Origin: an uncultured cyanobacterium
GTDB lineage: Bacteria; Cyanobacteriota; Cyanobacteriia; Cyanobacteriales; Cyanobacteriaceae
Assembly (NCBI GenBank): GCA_963710605.1
Contig: CAVQBA010000002.1
Location: 160,001 to 224,000 of the forward strand
Length of the DNA stretch: 64,000 nt
Reading direction: 5' to 3'
Shown: positions 42,974 through 52,000 of the stretch, one piece after another
How the letters are laid out: every line of letters begins with the position of its first letter
How positions within the stretch are numbered: the first letter of the stretch is position 1
Notes under the pieces: model-generated
What the model saw: the letters and a program-made list of their open reading frames with translations, nothing else
What the model was told of the DNA's origin: nothing
Database searches by the model: none
Made by a program: the position numbers and the translations under genes

Positions 42974-43135
42974 TATAGTTAATTAAAATAAGAATGAGAC
43001 AATCTGATATATTTTCTTTGAGTTTAATTTATTAAACGGTATCTGTTAGCCTTGACAATTCATACCCAAGGCGGGATGAAAACTTAAGTTTTAGATCTCA
43101 TTAATCCTGTCTCAATCTTAATTGAAATGACTATA
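42974..43135. mobile_element. MITE-like element (TATAGT..GAGACA / TGTCTC..GACTATA TIRs) enclosing a REP-like repeat
   Basis: ~28-bp imperfect terminal inverted repeats; internal reverse copy of the GCCTTG/CAAGGC repeat at 43020-43077. Confidence 0.65.
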
Positions 43136-43225
43136 AGTGGTGGGGGATGAATCTCTTCAAAAAATAAAAAAAGTAGCCTTTGTAGCTAGCTACCTTATTT
43201 TCAACAAAAATATATATGTATCGAA

Positions 43226-43858
43226 TTATTTAGCTTGAGATTTTTTACGCTTCATTAAGCTACCCAAACCAAAAGCAACAGTTGTACCCAATATAGTTAC
43301 AGGCTCGGGTATGGGTTCGGCACTAGAACGTTCCCATTCTCCTATCAATGTTGCCCCTGCCACATCTTCTTGAGAATCTGCGGGAAAGTATAAGTCTCCG
43401 CTGGTGGGGCCAACTAACATATCTGCATAATCATCAGCCGGCATAGTCCAAGTACCTTGCCCTGTAAAAGCTTGTACGCCATCGGTAAAATCTATCGTAC
43501 TGTCAGATGAGAAGCTGAAGATATTCAAGCCTAAGTCATTACCCGAGCCCCCTCGAAAGAGAACTGGAGCGTTATCGGGGGGATTGAGAAAGTTTGTTAA
43601 ATCTCCCGATACCAGACTTTCGTTTAAACTACCACCCACAGATGAATAAAAACCATCTAAGTAAACTCCTGTAAAATCACCTCCACTTACCGTTGCGGAA
43701 GAAGCACCATCGGTTGAAGTAATTGTCACTTGATTGACGACAGAAAGATCGACTTGAAGTAGTGTCGCCGCATTAACTTGAGACGAGCAAATCATTCCCC
43801 CCCCTACAACGGCAAGGGTAATGGTATTTTTAAATAACAAATTTGTTACTTTATACAT
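43226..43858 (-). CDS. PEP-CTERM sorting-domain surface protein
   Basis: Signal peptide; C-terminal IPEP.TILG + TM + KRKK. Confidence 0.88.
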   Translation of the reverse strand: MYKVTNLLFKNTITLAVVGGGMICSSQVNAATLLQVDLSVVNQVTITSTDGASSATVSGGDFTGVYLDGFYSSVGGSLNESLVSGDLTNFLNPPDNAPVLFRGGSGNDLGLNIFSFSSDSTIDFTDGVQAFTGQGTWTMPADDYADMLVGPTSGDLYFPADSQEDVAGATLIGEWERSSAEPIPEPVTILGTTVAFGLGSLMKRKKSQAK

Positions 43859-44289
43859 AGTTTTTTCCTCTTAATAATTACTAATCATTTATACACATCT
43901 TATCTTACATATACAAAATATTTAATTAAATTTTAATAAAGTTTCTGTAAAGTATAAATAAAGTTTTTATTAGTAATTATTAACTATTTAAAAATAAAAA
44001 ATACTGCTGATAAGTATGCTAGATAAAGCTTTAATGTATCAAATAATTAGTATTTATTGTTTTATTTAGATGTGTTTTTATTAAGTAATCATATTATTAT
44101 TCATTATTTATTAGTACAAAAAGGTACAAATTAGTACAAAAAAGTTATTTTTGAAGTAAATAATTTAAAAGCTCGTTAATTATATTTACTATTAAAAAAG
44201 CTATCTAATTATTTATTATTTTTATAAATATGTATGAGCTATAGCAAGTAACGGGTGAGGCGTGGACATTTTAGATCCCCCTAACCACG

Positions 44290-44434
44290 GCAGGGCTGTT
44301 TCATTCTCGTTAGCCGTAAATAGCGATCGTGCTATTACTACAAAACGATCGATCGATTTGGTTACATTGTATTTTTACTATTAGGAAAAAACAGCTACAT
44401 TTACTGCTATTTCTTAGTTCTAAAAATGACAAAA
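44290..44434. mobile_element. Truncated second copy of the GCAGGGCTG MITE
   Basis: GCAGGGCTGTTTCATTCTCGTTAGCCG... colinear with 41879-42023; right TIR missing. Confidence 0.75.
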
Positions 44435-44669
44435 CAGAGCAATTATATTTAACGGCTTTAGAATTTAACCTCTTATTTACCTTTGTTAGTTATCCAGGTA
44501 AGGTATGGAGTCGTACTCAATCGATAGTCTTTGGGAAGCAGATTTTTTTGGCGATGAGAGAGTGGTAGATACTCATATTCGTGGTTTACGAAAAAAGATT
44601 GAACCAAATCCCGCTCAACCTTCTTTTGTTAAAACTGTTGTTGGGGTTGGTTATAAGTTTGAAGACTAA
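44432..44669 (+). pseudogene. Degenerate duplicate of the 3' third of the OmpR regulator (41588-41829)
   Basis: Colinear to the stop codon; 4-nt deletion (CAATTAATC to CAATC); many third-position substitutions. Confidence 0.85.
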
Positions 44670-44802
44670 ACCTTTTGTTTAAATAGAATAATTTATCTTC
44701 ATAATTTTGTTTATACTTCACATTTTATTTCACACTAACCACTACAATATAAATATAAATAAACAAATATAAACATCTAAATACTTGTAAAGGAAGTGAA
44801 AA

Positions 44803-45612
44803 GTGGCTCAAATAAATAATCCACTCATCGACTCATCACCAAAAGAAGTGCCATTAAAAAATGCACCTCTTATTCGTGTGATTGCCCAGATGCGCTTTCC
44901 TACTATTCTTTCCATTGAAAATAAAGGGTTTGTTAGCTCATTCCAAGAGGCAATTAGAGAAGATTACTCAATTTTACAACCAAAAAAAACTCAGGATTTT
45001 ATTTTAGGAGAAGAAGGATTGATACTACCATCAGATTCTAAAATTATCTGGCGTTTTATGGACAAAATTGACTCGTGGCATTGGCGTGTCTCACTTGCAT
45101 CTAATTTCTTAGCTTTAGAAACGACTAATTATTCTAGTCGTGATGATTTTATTGAACGTTGGCAAAAAGTGATGCAATCTTTGAAAGATAATATCAAACC
45201 AAAAACAATCGAACGTTTTGGACTTCGATATATCGATCGACTGACGGGAAAAGATTGCCAAGATGTTTCTTCTTTAGTTAAACCAGAAATTGCGGGAATT
45301 ATTAACACTCAATTACGAGATAACATTCATCAAGTCATCAATCAATCTTTATTTATTATTCCCAAGACGAAAAAGCAAATTACAGCTAGATGGGGACTTT
45401 TATCTGAAGGAAATACTTATGATGCTAATGTTATTCAACCTATTTCTGAGCCGAGCTGGATTTTGGATTTAGATATGTCTGTATCTAATCATCAAAATTT
45501 TCTTGTTGAGGATGTAGTAAAACAAACGGATGAGTTTTCTCAAAGACTATATACTTTTTTTCGATGGATGGTAGAAGATGAGTTTTTAATTCGTTTTGGA
45601 GGTGAATTATGA
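44803..45612 (+). CDS. TIGR04255 family protein
   Basis: PL.NAPL..VIAQ.RFP N-terminus, L....LALET..Y, RFGLRYIDR, WILDLD, LY.FFRW. Confidence 0.8.
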   Translation: MAQINNPLIDSSPKEVPLKNAPLIRVIAQMRFPTILSIENKGFVSSFQEAIREDYSILQPKKTQDFILGEEGLILPSDSKIIWRFMDKIDSWHWRVSLASNFLALETTNYSSRDDFIERWQKVMQSLKDNIKPKTIERFGLRYIDRLTGKDCQDVSSLVKPEIAGIINTQLRDNIHQVINQSLFIIPKTKKQITARWGLLSEGNTYDANVIQPISEPSWILDLDMSVSNHQNFLVEDVVKQTDEFSQRLYTFFRWMVEDEFLIRFGGEL

Positions 45613-46244
45613 ATTTAGTGCTAGAAGAAAGAAAAGACTATTCTGAAAATCAATCGTCTAATTCAAAAATATTTTTATTAAATGACATTACTACTGCTTC
45701 TAAACAAAATCCTCAATCTAATTTAATCACAGCCTTAGAAACGACTACTAGTGGTGTTATTTTACCATCCACAGAAACTACCAGAAAGTCAGTTCATGAA
45801 TTAAGAAAGCTGACAGGTTTAACTTGGGAACAAATTGCCAAACTGTTTAATGTCTCACGCCGAACTATTCATTTTTGGGGTAGTGGCAAACGACTCAACA
45901 GTGCTAATGAAGAACAATTAAATTTACTGTTAGAAACTATAAAATATATAAATAGAGGTAGTGCCAGTCAAAATCGTCATTTATTATTACAAGACAGTAA
46001 TAATGGAAGACGTTATTTAAACTTGTTAATTACAGGTGAATATGACACGGTAAAAAAAGAACTGGGAGAAGGAAAAAACGCACCCAATAAAGTTAAATCA
46101 GGTTCTTTGTCCGAAGAAGCTCGTGCTATGCGTAAACCCCCTAGCCCAGAAACTCTTGTAGATGCTTTACAAGAACCAATTCATCATACCAGTGGACGTT
46201 CTCGCCCTGCTAAATCTGTAAGGAGTCGTAAACAGAGTAAGTAG
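45609..46244 (+). CDS. XRE-type HTH protein with low-complexity termini
   Basis: ELRKLTGLTWEQIAKLFNVSRRTIHFWGSG; ATGA overlap with the upstream gene, GGAGG RBS. Confidence 0.8.
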   Translation: MNLVLEERKDYSENQSSNSKIFLLNDITTASKQNPQSNLITALETTTSGVILPSTETTRKSVHELRKLTGLTWEQIAKLFNVSRRTIHFWGSGKRLNSANEEQLNLLLETIKYINRGSASQNRHLLLQDSNNGRRYLNLLITGEYDTVKKELGEGKNAPNKVKSGSLSEEARAMRKPPSPETLVDALQEPIHHTSGRSRPAKSVRSRKQSK

Positions 46245-47084
46245 TGGAAAATAAACGTAATATTTTTATTAAAGAAGTAGATCGAGTTCTCCAAAATTGG
46301 ACTCAAGGTGATTACGTATTGGGAGAACATTGGTTTGTTTATCGCTACAATATCGATCAACCTTTAACTGAGACTTCAGAAGATACTGCCGAACAAAAGA
46401 TAGATCTTGCTGAAGAAGAAGTTAAGGGTTTTGTTGTCGTAACGCAAACTTGTGATATTGTTCGATCGTGTAAGTCTCGTCCATTTGTCGAAGTTGTTCC
46501 TTTAGTTGAGGTTGATGAACAAAAATTATTAGAGATTAAAAAGGCTAGAAGACCCCATTATGCTTATATTCCCAGTACTGAAAAAGATAGTTTGGTAGCC
46601 GATCTGAGATCGTGTTATGACAGTAGAAAAACCAGTTGTGGCTCAATGGAAACGTCAACAAGGCTGTACAAACGATCGAGAAATTAGAGCATTCGCACAA
46701 GCATTAGCAAGAAAAAAGATGAGGTTTGCTTTTCCTGATGACTTTAATTATTTTGTCAGTAAACTTCAAAAGCGACTAAAAGAAAAACATGACAAGTTGA
46801 GTAATGAAGGTGAGGCTTTACGAGGGTTAGATGAAATTAGAGTCAAAGCTTCACCAGATTGGAATGCCTCTAAAGTAGAACTGATGTTTTGGTTTATACG
46901 TGATGAAGGGCAATTAGATTTTCAAGGAACGACATGGAATGAATTGTTAGATAAGTGGTTAAGATTAATTCCTGAATCCGATCGTTTTTATCAAGTTGAT
47001 GGTGTAGTTATTACCTTAGAAGATATGACAGCAAAAGAATATGTTCAAAGCGATCGTTTAGACTTAGATCATTTATCATCTTAA
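46244..47084 (+). CDS. Hypothetical ~279-aa protein with MazF/PemK-like motif layout; 1-nt insertion near 46606
   Basis: ORFs 46244-46687 and 46617-47084 join as ...LVADL-DRVMTVEK...; span 841 = 3n+1; QGD, VVVTQTCD, VEVVPL motifs. Confidence 0.7.
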
Positions 47085-47220
47085 ACACATACTTTTTTCC
47101 TTCTTTTCAATCGTTCATCCTTTTATCTCAATTAGACAACCATAACATTACAGATAAAAATCAAAACGATGGGCTTATGAGTAACGAAAGTTTACCCATA
47201 TGCCCCGATCGTTTCATCCA

Positions 47221-47595
47221 TTAAGGATTTTGTCTTAATCCTAAAGAATTACCGTCTAAATCTTTAAAAAAGGCTAGTTTAACCCCTTCTCCTGCCTCTT
47301 GAATTTCGCCTACAGAAACTCCTTTATCGATCAACGCTTGACGAGCAGTTTTGATATCATCAACCACAAAAGTAGTTACCGCACCACCAGTGCCGACTCT
47401 TTCAGGATTGACGTATAATCCGATCGAAGCATTGTCTATATCTGGAATAGCTAATTGTGCCCAAGTTTTGGTGGGGAATAAATCTAACTTTTTAAAACCT
47501 AATTTCTCTTCATACCAATTGATACTGGCAGTTAAATCAGAAACATCTACTTTTAATGTTAATGCGTATTCGCCAATTATCGACTGTAAACTCAT
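47221..47595 (-). CDS. VOC/glyoxalase family protein
   Basis: V.DL..SI.WY..KLGF, F.VDDI......L..KGV, FFKD.DGN. Confidence 0.88.
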   Translation of the reverse strand: MSLQSIIGEYALTLKVDVSDLTASINWYEEKLGFKKLDLFPTKTWAQLAIPDIDNASIGLYVNPERVGTGGAVTTFVVDDIKTARQALIDKGVSVGEIQEAGEGVKLAFFKDLDGNSLGLRQNP

Positions 47596-47707
47596 GATTG
47601 ATTACTTTCCTATTTTTTTATACTTTGAACCAAATATAATCATAATCTTCGATCGATACTCTACACATGATCCTAAAGAGTTATTTTTTCCATTATTAAT
47701 TCTTAAT

Positions 47708-47821
47708 TATAGCTTTTCCCATACTTACGAGGTACAACAAAAAATGGTAAGTCCTCCTTAATAAGGGGGATGGGGCCCGTGGGGGATCGGTATGTGCTTC
47801 ATAACACTAAGAATTGCTATA
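47708..47821. mobile_element. MITE-like composite repeat with TATAGC termini and internal REP-like hairpin
   Basis: TATAGCTTTTCCCA..GAGGTACA / ..AAGAATTGCTATA; left part nearly repeats 21520-21590. Confidence 0.55.
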
Positions 47822-47884
47822 TCAGTACAATATTTGACAAAGGCTTTTTTCTGTATTGATTGCTAGTGCAATTACGATCGATTT

Positions 47885-48205
47885 TTATTCGTAATGAAAA
47901 CGACAGGTCAAAAAATCAATTTGATGTTGAGTGACTCGATATATCAAACGATGCTCTAAATCGATTCTTCTTGACCAAATATCACTGTCTAAATACTTTA
48001 ATGGTTCGGGTTTGCCAATACCTTGAAAAGGATTTTTTATCACCTCTGTCACTAAATCAAGTATCTTGGCGGCTTTTTTATCGTCATATTTGAACCACCA
48101 TTTTAAGTCTTTTTTAAATTGACTGCTAAAACCCGGTATTTGAGAAAAACTTGGCTGTATTTCTCCTTGCTCGTCAGATTTACGGGGTTTTTTCTTTTTA
48201 GTCAA
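47885..48205 (-). CDS. yoeB: Txe/YoeB family toxin
   Basis: PFQGIGKPEPLK....WSRRID.EHRLIY.V...RFHY. Confidence 0.93.
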   Translation of the reverse strand: MTKKKKPRKSDEQGEIQPSFSQIPGFSSQFKKDLKWWFKYDDKKAAKILDLVTEVIKNPFQGIGKPEPLKYLDSDIWSRRIDLEHRLIYRVTQHQIDFLTCRFHYE

Positions 48206-48482
48206 TGCCTAATTCTCCTTTCAAATCCTCTACCGATTGTGGTTGAATTTTTCCTGAAATAGACTCTTCTATTGCCCCAAACAGATGACGGGCATTACTA
48301 GGCGATCGCAATAAATAGACTGTTTCTACCAAACTGCGTAATTCTGATTCGGCAATTAAAGCTACATTTTCACCATCACGACGATTAATAAGGAAGACTT
48401 CTTTGTCTTGGGCTACTTTTTCTAGTAATTGAAACAGACTTTTTCTTGCTTCTGTGGGTGATGTTATTTCATAACTAAACAT
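48198..48482 (-). CDS. yefM: Phd/YefM family antitoxin
   Basis: EARK.LF.LLEKV, I.RR.GENVALI, ETVYLLRSP.NA..L; upstream TGTACA-N6-TGTACA operator (48498-48515). Confidence 0.92.
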   Translation of the reverse strand: MFSYEITSPTEARKSLFQLLEKVAQDKEVFLINRRDGENVALIAESELRSLVETVYLLRSPSNARHLFGAIEESISGKIQPQSVEDLKGELGID

Positions 48483-48790
48483 ATCGATCGCCTTTTATGT
48501 ACAACAAAATGTACATTATAACTCAAAGACGATTACATTATTTTAATTAACGCTCGATCGTGCTTGATTGTTGGGTTTCGGTTTTGTTATCTATTCGTTG
48601 TCGATCGAAATTTTTAGACTCAACCCAACCTACTACTAACTATCTCTCTCAATATTTATGTACTATTATACAATTAATAATTAATTATTAACAATTACCT
48701 CTCTTTGAAAAGAAGAGGATTGACAAAGGGTGCAAAAATGTTTCTTTATTATCCCCAGTTAAGGGCAAGCAGATACTCCAAAATTTTTCC

Positions 48791-48963
48791 GTAAAAAGTA
48801 ATCTAACAATCCCACTAGATATTTACGTACTAGTAAAAAGTAATTTAACTATCTCACCAGATATTTATGTACCAGTAAAAAGTAATCTAACTATCTCACT
48901 AGATATTTACGTACTAGTAAAAAGTAATCTAACTATCTCACTAGATATTTATGTACTAGTAAA
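48791..48963. repeat. Tandem array of 4 x 42-bp direct repeats
   Basis: Unit GTAAAAAGTAATCTAACTATCTCACTAGATATTTAYGTACTA at 48791, 48833, 48875, 48917; partial degenerate copy near 48636. Confidence 0.9.
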
Positions 48964-49077
48964 GTTGTGTCAATTTAATAACTGTAACTATTATTGACGA
49001 CGATCGATTTGAGTTGCTTTAACATTGAATGATAATGACCAATCTCATTAATTAATTACTTTATGAGTTCATCGTAG

Positions 49078-52000
49078 TTGCTTATGTCACCATCGCTAAA
49101 CGATCGTTATTTATCTTTCAAACTTACTTCAAAAGGTTATACTGCTGAACTATTAGCCTCTCTCAATCGCTCTATAGAAAGAGGATTAATTGATGAGCAG
49201 AGTATTTATGTTTACCTCAATAGTAAAGATGTCTCTTCTGGGCAGACAATTAACTTTTTTAACCTCAACACCAAAGTAACTATTGAAAAATTGTTAGCAG
49301 GTTTAACTCAATGGCAAGAATTAGGTATTTTAGATAACGCTCAAATTAATTTAGAAATACAGACAAAAGCAAATCATCCTTTTTTATTACAGAGTTTAGA
49401 CGAATGGCTTCAACTCGGATGTATTGATGAATCTAAAGTTAAGCAACTGTGTCAAAAAAATCTTACCTCTATCCTTCCTAATGTTAAAGTTTCTCCTTCA
49501 CCAAAATCTGTAGCTAAACCGAAAAAAGAAGTAACAGCAGTTGCGAAAGTTAAAACTCCTAGCCGATTTCAACAGATATTACAGTCATTGAAAGCCGAAT
49601 TGAGCGTGATTTGGTTGTTATCGTTGGGTGTCTTTATGATCGTTATTTCTTCAGGAGTTATCGCCGCTAGTCTTTGGGATGAATTTCCAAGGGCTGGACA
49701 ATATGGGGTGTTATGGCTTTATACTTTACTTTTTTGGGTTAGTAGTTTTTGGCTAGGAAAAAAACCTAATTTACAATTAACAACGATCGCATTACAATTA
49801 ATTACTTTATTATTAGTACCCATGAATTTCCTAGCGATGGATAGTTTGGGTTTAGGGCAAAATCCTCTAGATTGGGCGATCGTAATTTTAGCTACTTTAT
49901 CTTTATCATTTGTCACTGTTAATTTATTTCGCCAAATAGGTATTAGTGAAAAATATCCCAAAATTTATTTAGGATTGAGTTACTTGCATTGGGGATGGGC
50001 AATGAATTGGTATCCTATCTGGGCAATTTATTTAGGAGTTTTAGCTATAGCCATAATCATCATTCCTCCTCCTTTTCTTCAAAACAAAATATCTTCAACT
50101 AAGATAGACAAAACTAAGACATTATTACCATTTAATCTTCATGGTACGATCGTTACCTATGCTTTAGTAATTTTATTATTTAGGGCAATATTCATCGCAG
50201 GAGTAGAAATAACTCAGTTAGGTTTAGCTATCGGTGTTTGTGGTTGGTTACTTACTCACACCAAAAAAAGTTATTTTCCTTGGTGGCAATCAGTCGGAGT
50301 TGTTTTACTTTTACTTGGTTGGTTAGTCTCAGTTACAACTGTGCCTTGGCAAAGTTTAGGCGTTAGTTGTTTGGGTATGATATACCTAAGAAAAAGATTA
50401 TTACAATCGTGGTCAAAACGCAATCTTTGCTTATTACTAGCGATCGGTTTACAATCATTATGGTTACTATGGCGATTAATTCCTGAAACTATTAGCCAAC
50501 AATTAATTGTTTGGGCAACAACCTTAACTGCTTCTGTCGATACACCAGAAGTATTATTAAGTCTGGCACTATTTCCTTATATCCTTGTTATTCTTTTTAC
50601 TAGCGAATGGTTAGTTAAAAAAAATCAATCTAAACTAGCTATTTTTAACGATCGAATCGCCTTTTGGTTTGGCATAGTTTTAACCTTATTTAGTTTAGCC
50701 AATCCTGCTTTAAGAACAATAAATTTAGCTTTATCTACTGTTACCCTCGTTACTGTTATTCAACGAAAACTTACCTCAACTCCTGAGTCTTTAAAACAAT
50801 CTCACCCTGCTGTTTCTCAGACTTTAGCTACTATTACTCATATTAGTGGATTGATAACTTTAGTCTTTGCGATTGATTGGATAGCACCTCAATTAAGTTT
50901 TGGTGGTTGGGGAATTGTATTTTTATTTTTAACCATTATTGAATTAATCTTTAGTGTTGTTATCCCCGTTACATCGATTGATTTACTGCGTCTGTTAAGT
51001 CAAAATGCTTGGTATATAGGATTATTTTTAGCAGGGCTTTCTTTTCTCTTTTTTGAAGTAAACCAACAAGTAGTGTTAGAAACTCAGACAATTTCGATTG
51101 ATCGATCTTCAATTAATTTAGAATGGGGATTAATTTGGTGTTTGATACCAATTACTTTTACTACCATTGCTTATAAGTATCCTCTTCGTCGTTTGATTTC
51201 AGCTCAGTTAAGTATCATCACATTACTCTCATGGCAGTTGTTAACCTTAACTGAATTATTCAGTTACTTCCTTGGTAGAGAAATTACACTTAATATTGCA
51301 GTATATTCGGCTAGTTTAGGTATCGCTACAATAGTTGCTCTAATTAACACTAACAAAATACAAGAATTAGCATTCGCTGTTATTACTCTAGGTTTTGGTT
51401 TAAGTTGGCTTACGTTACATTTATGGGCAGGAATTTTTGGTTGGGGATTGCAATTTATTGGTAGTTGGTTATTAGCAGGGGCGATCGTTTCTACTACTTT
51501 CTGGTTATCTCGTCATCGTTTAAAAAAAGTTAATTCTTTATGGGCAGATATTTATAGTCAAGCCTTCAATGGTTGGGCAATATCTATTGTTTCTATTACT
51601 GGTTTAGCAATCTTGTTTTATAGTTTTGTCACCAATTTTGAGCCTCTTGATCTATCAACTTCGATTGCAACGGCTATACTTATCTTAGCTACAGCTTATA
51701 ATAGCAGTCAAAAACCTCGCTCTTCTTTTGATATTTGGTTAGGTATTGCTACACTTTTAACCGTTCAAATTCCCTTATTTACCCTCGCAGGTTATCGCTT
51801 AATTAGTTTGGGAGTAGCAACGGCTTTAATGGTTGTTTATGTCAATTATTTACCTCGATTGGCGACAACAGTTATCAATGTGGGGATAGCGATAATTTTT
51901 GTCATGACTTGCCTTGGAGAATTAGAATTATTAGCTAGATTTGATAGTTGGTTATTAGCTTTTGCCTCTATTATTACGATTCTGTGGTTATTAAGAAGTT

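Noticed and set aside
44112-44146. Repeated AGTACAAAAA/GGTAC as LexA boxes
   Set aside because: The spacing between GTAC half-sites is 6 nt rather than the 4 nt of the cyanobacterial LexA box; AT-rich context makes chance likely
44329-44568. 79-aa ORF from the track
   Set aside because: Chimeric reading across a MITE remnant and the regulator pseudogene fragment
44432-44669. Possible DGR template/variable repeat pair with 41588-41829
   Set aside because: Differences are not adenine-specific and are largely synonymous; no reverse transcriptase in the window
48791-48963. Possible CRISPR array
   Set aside because: Units are contiguous with no unique spacers; no cas genes in the window
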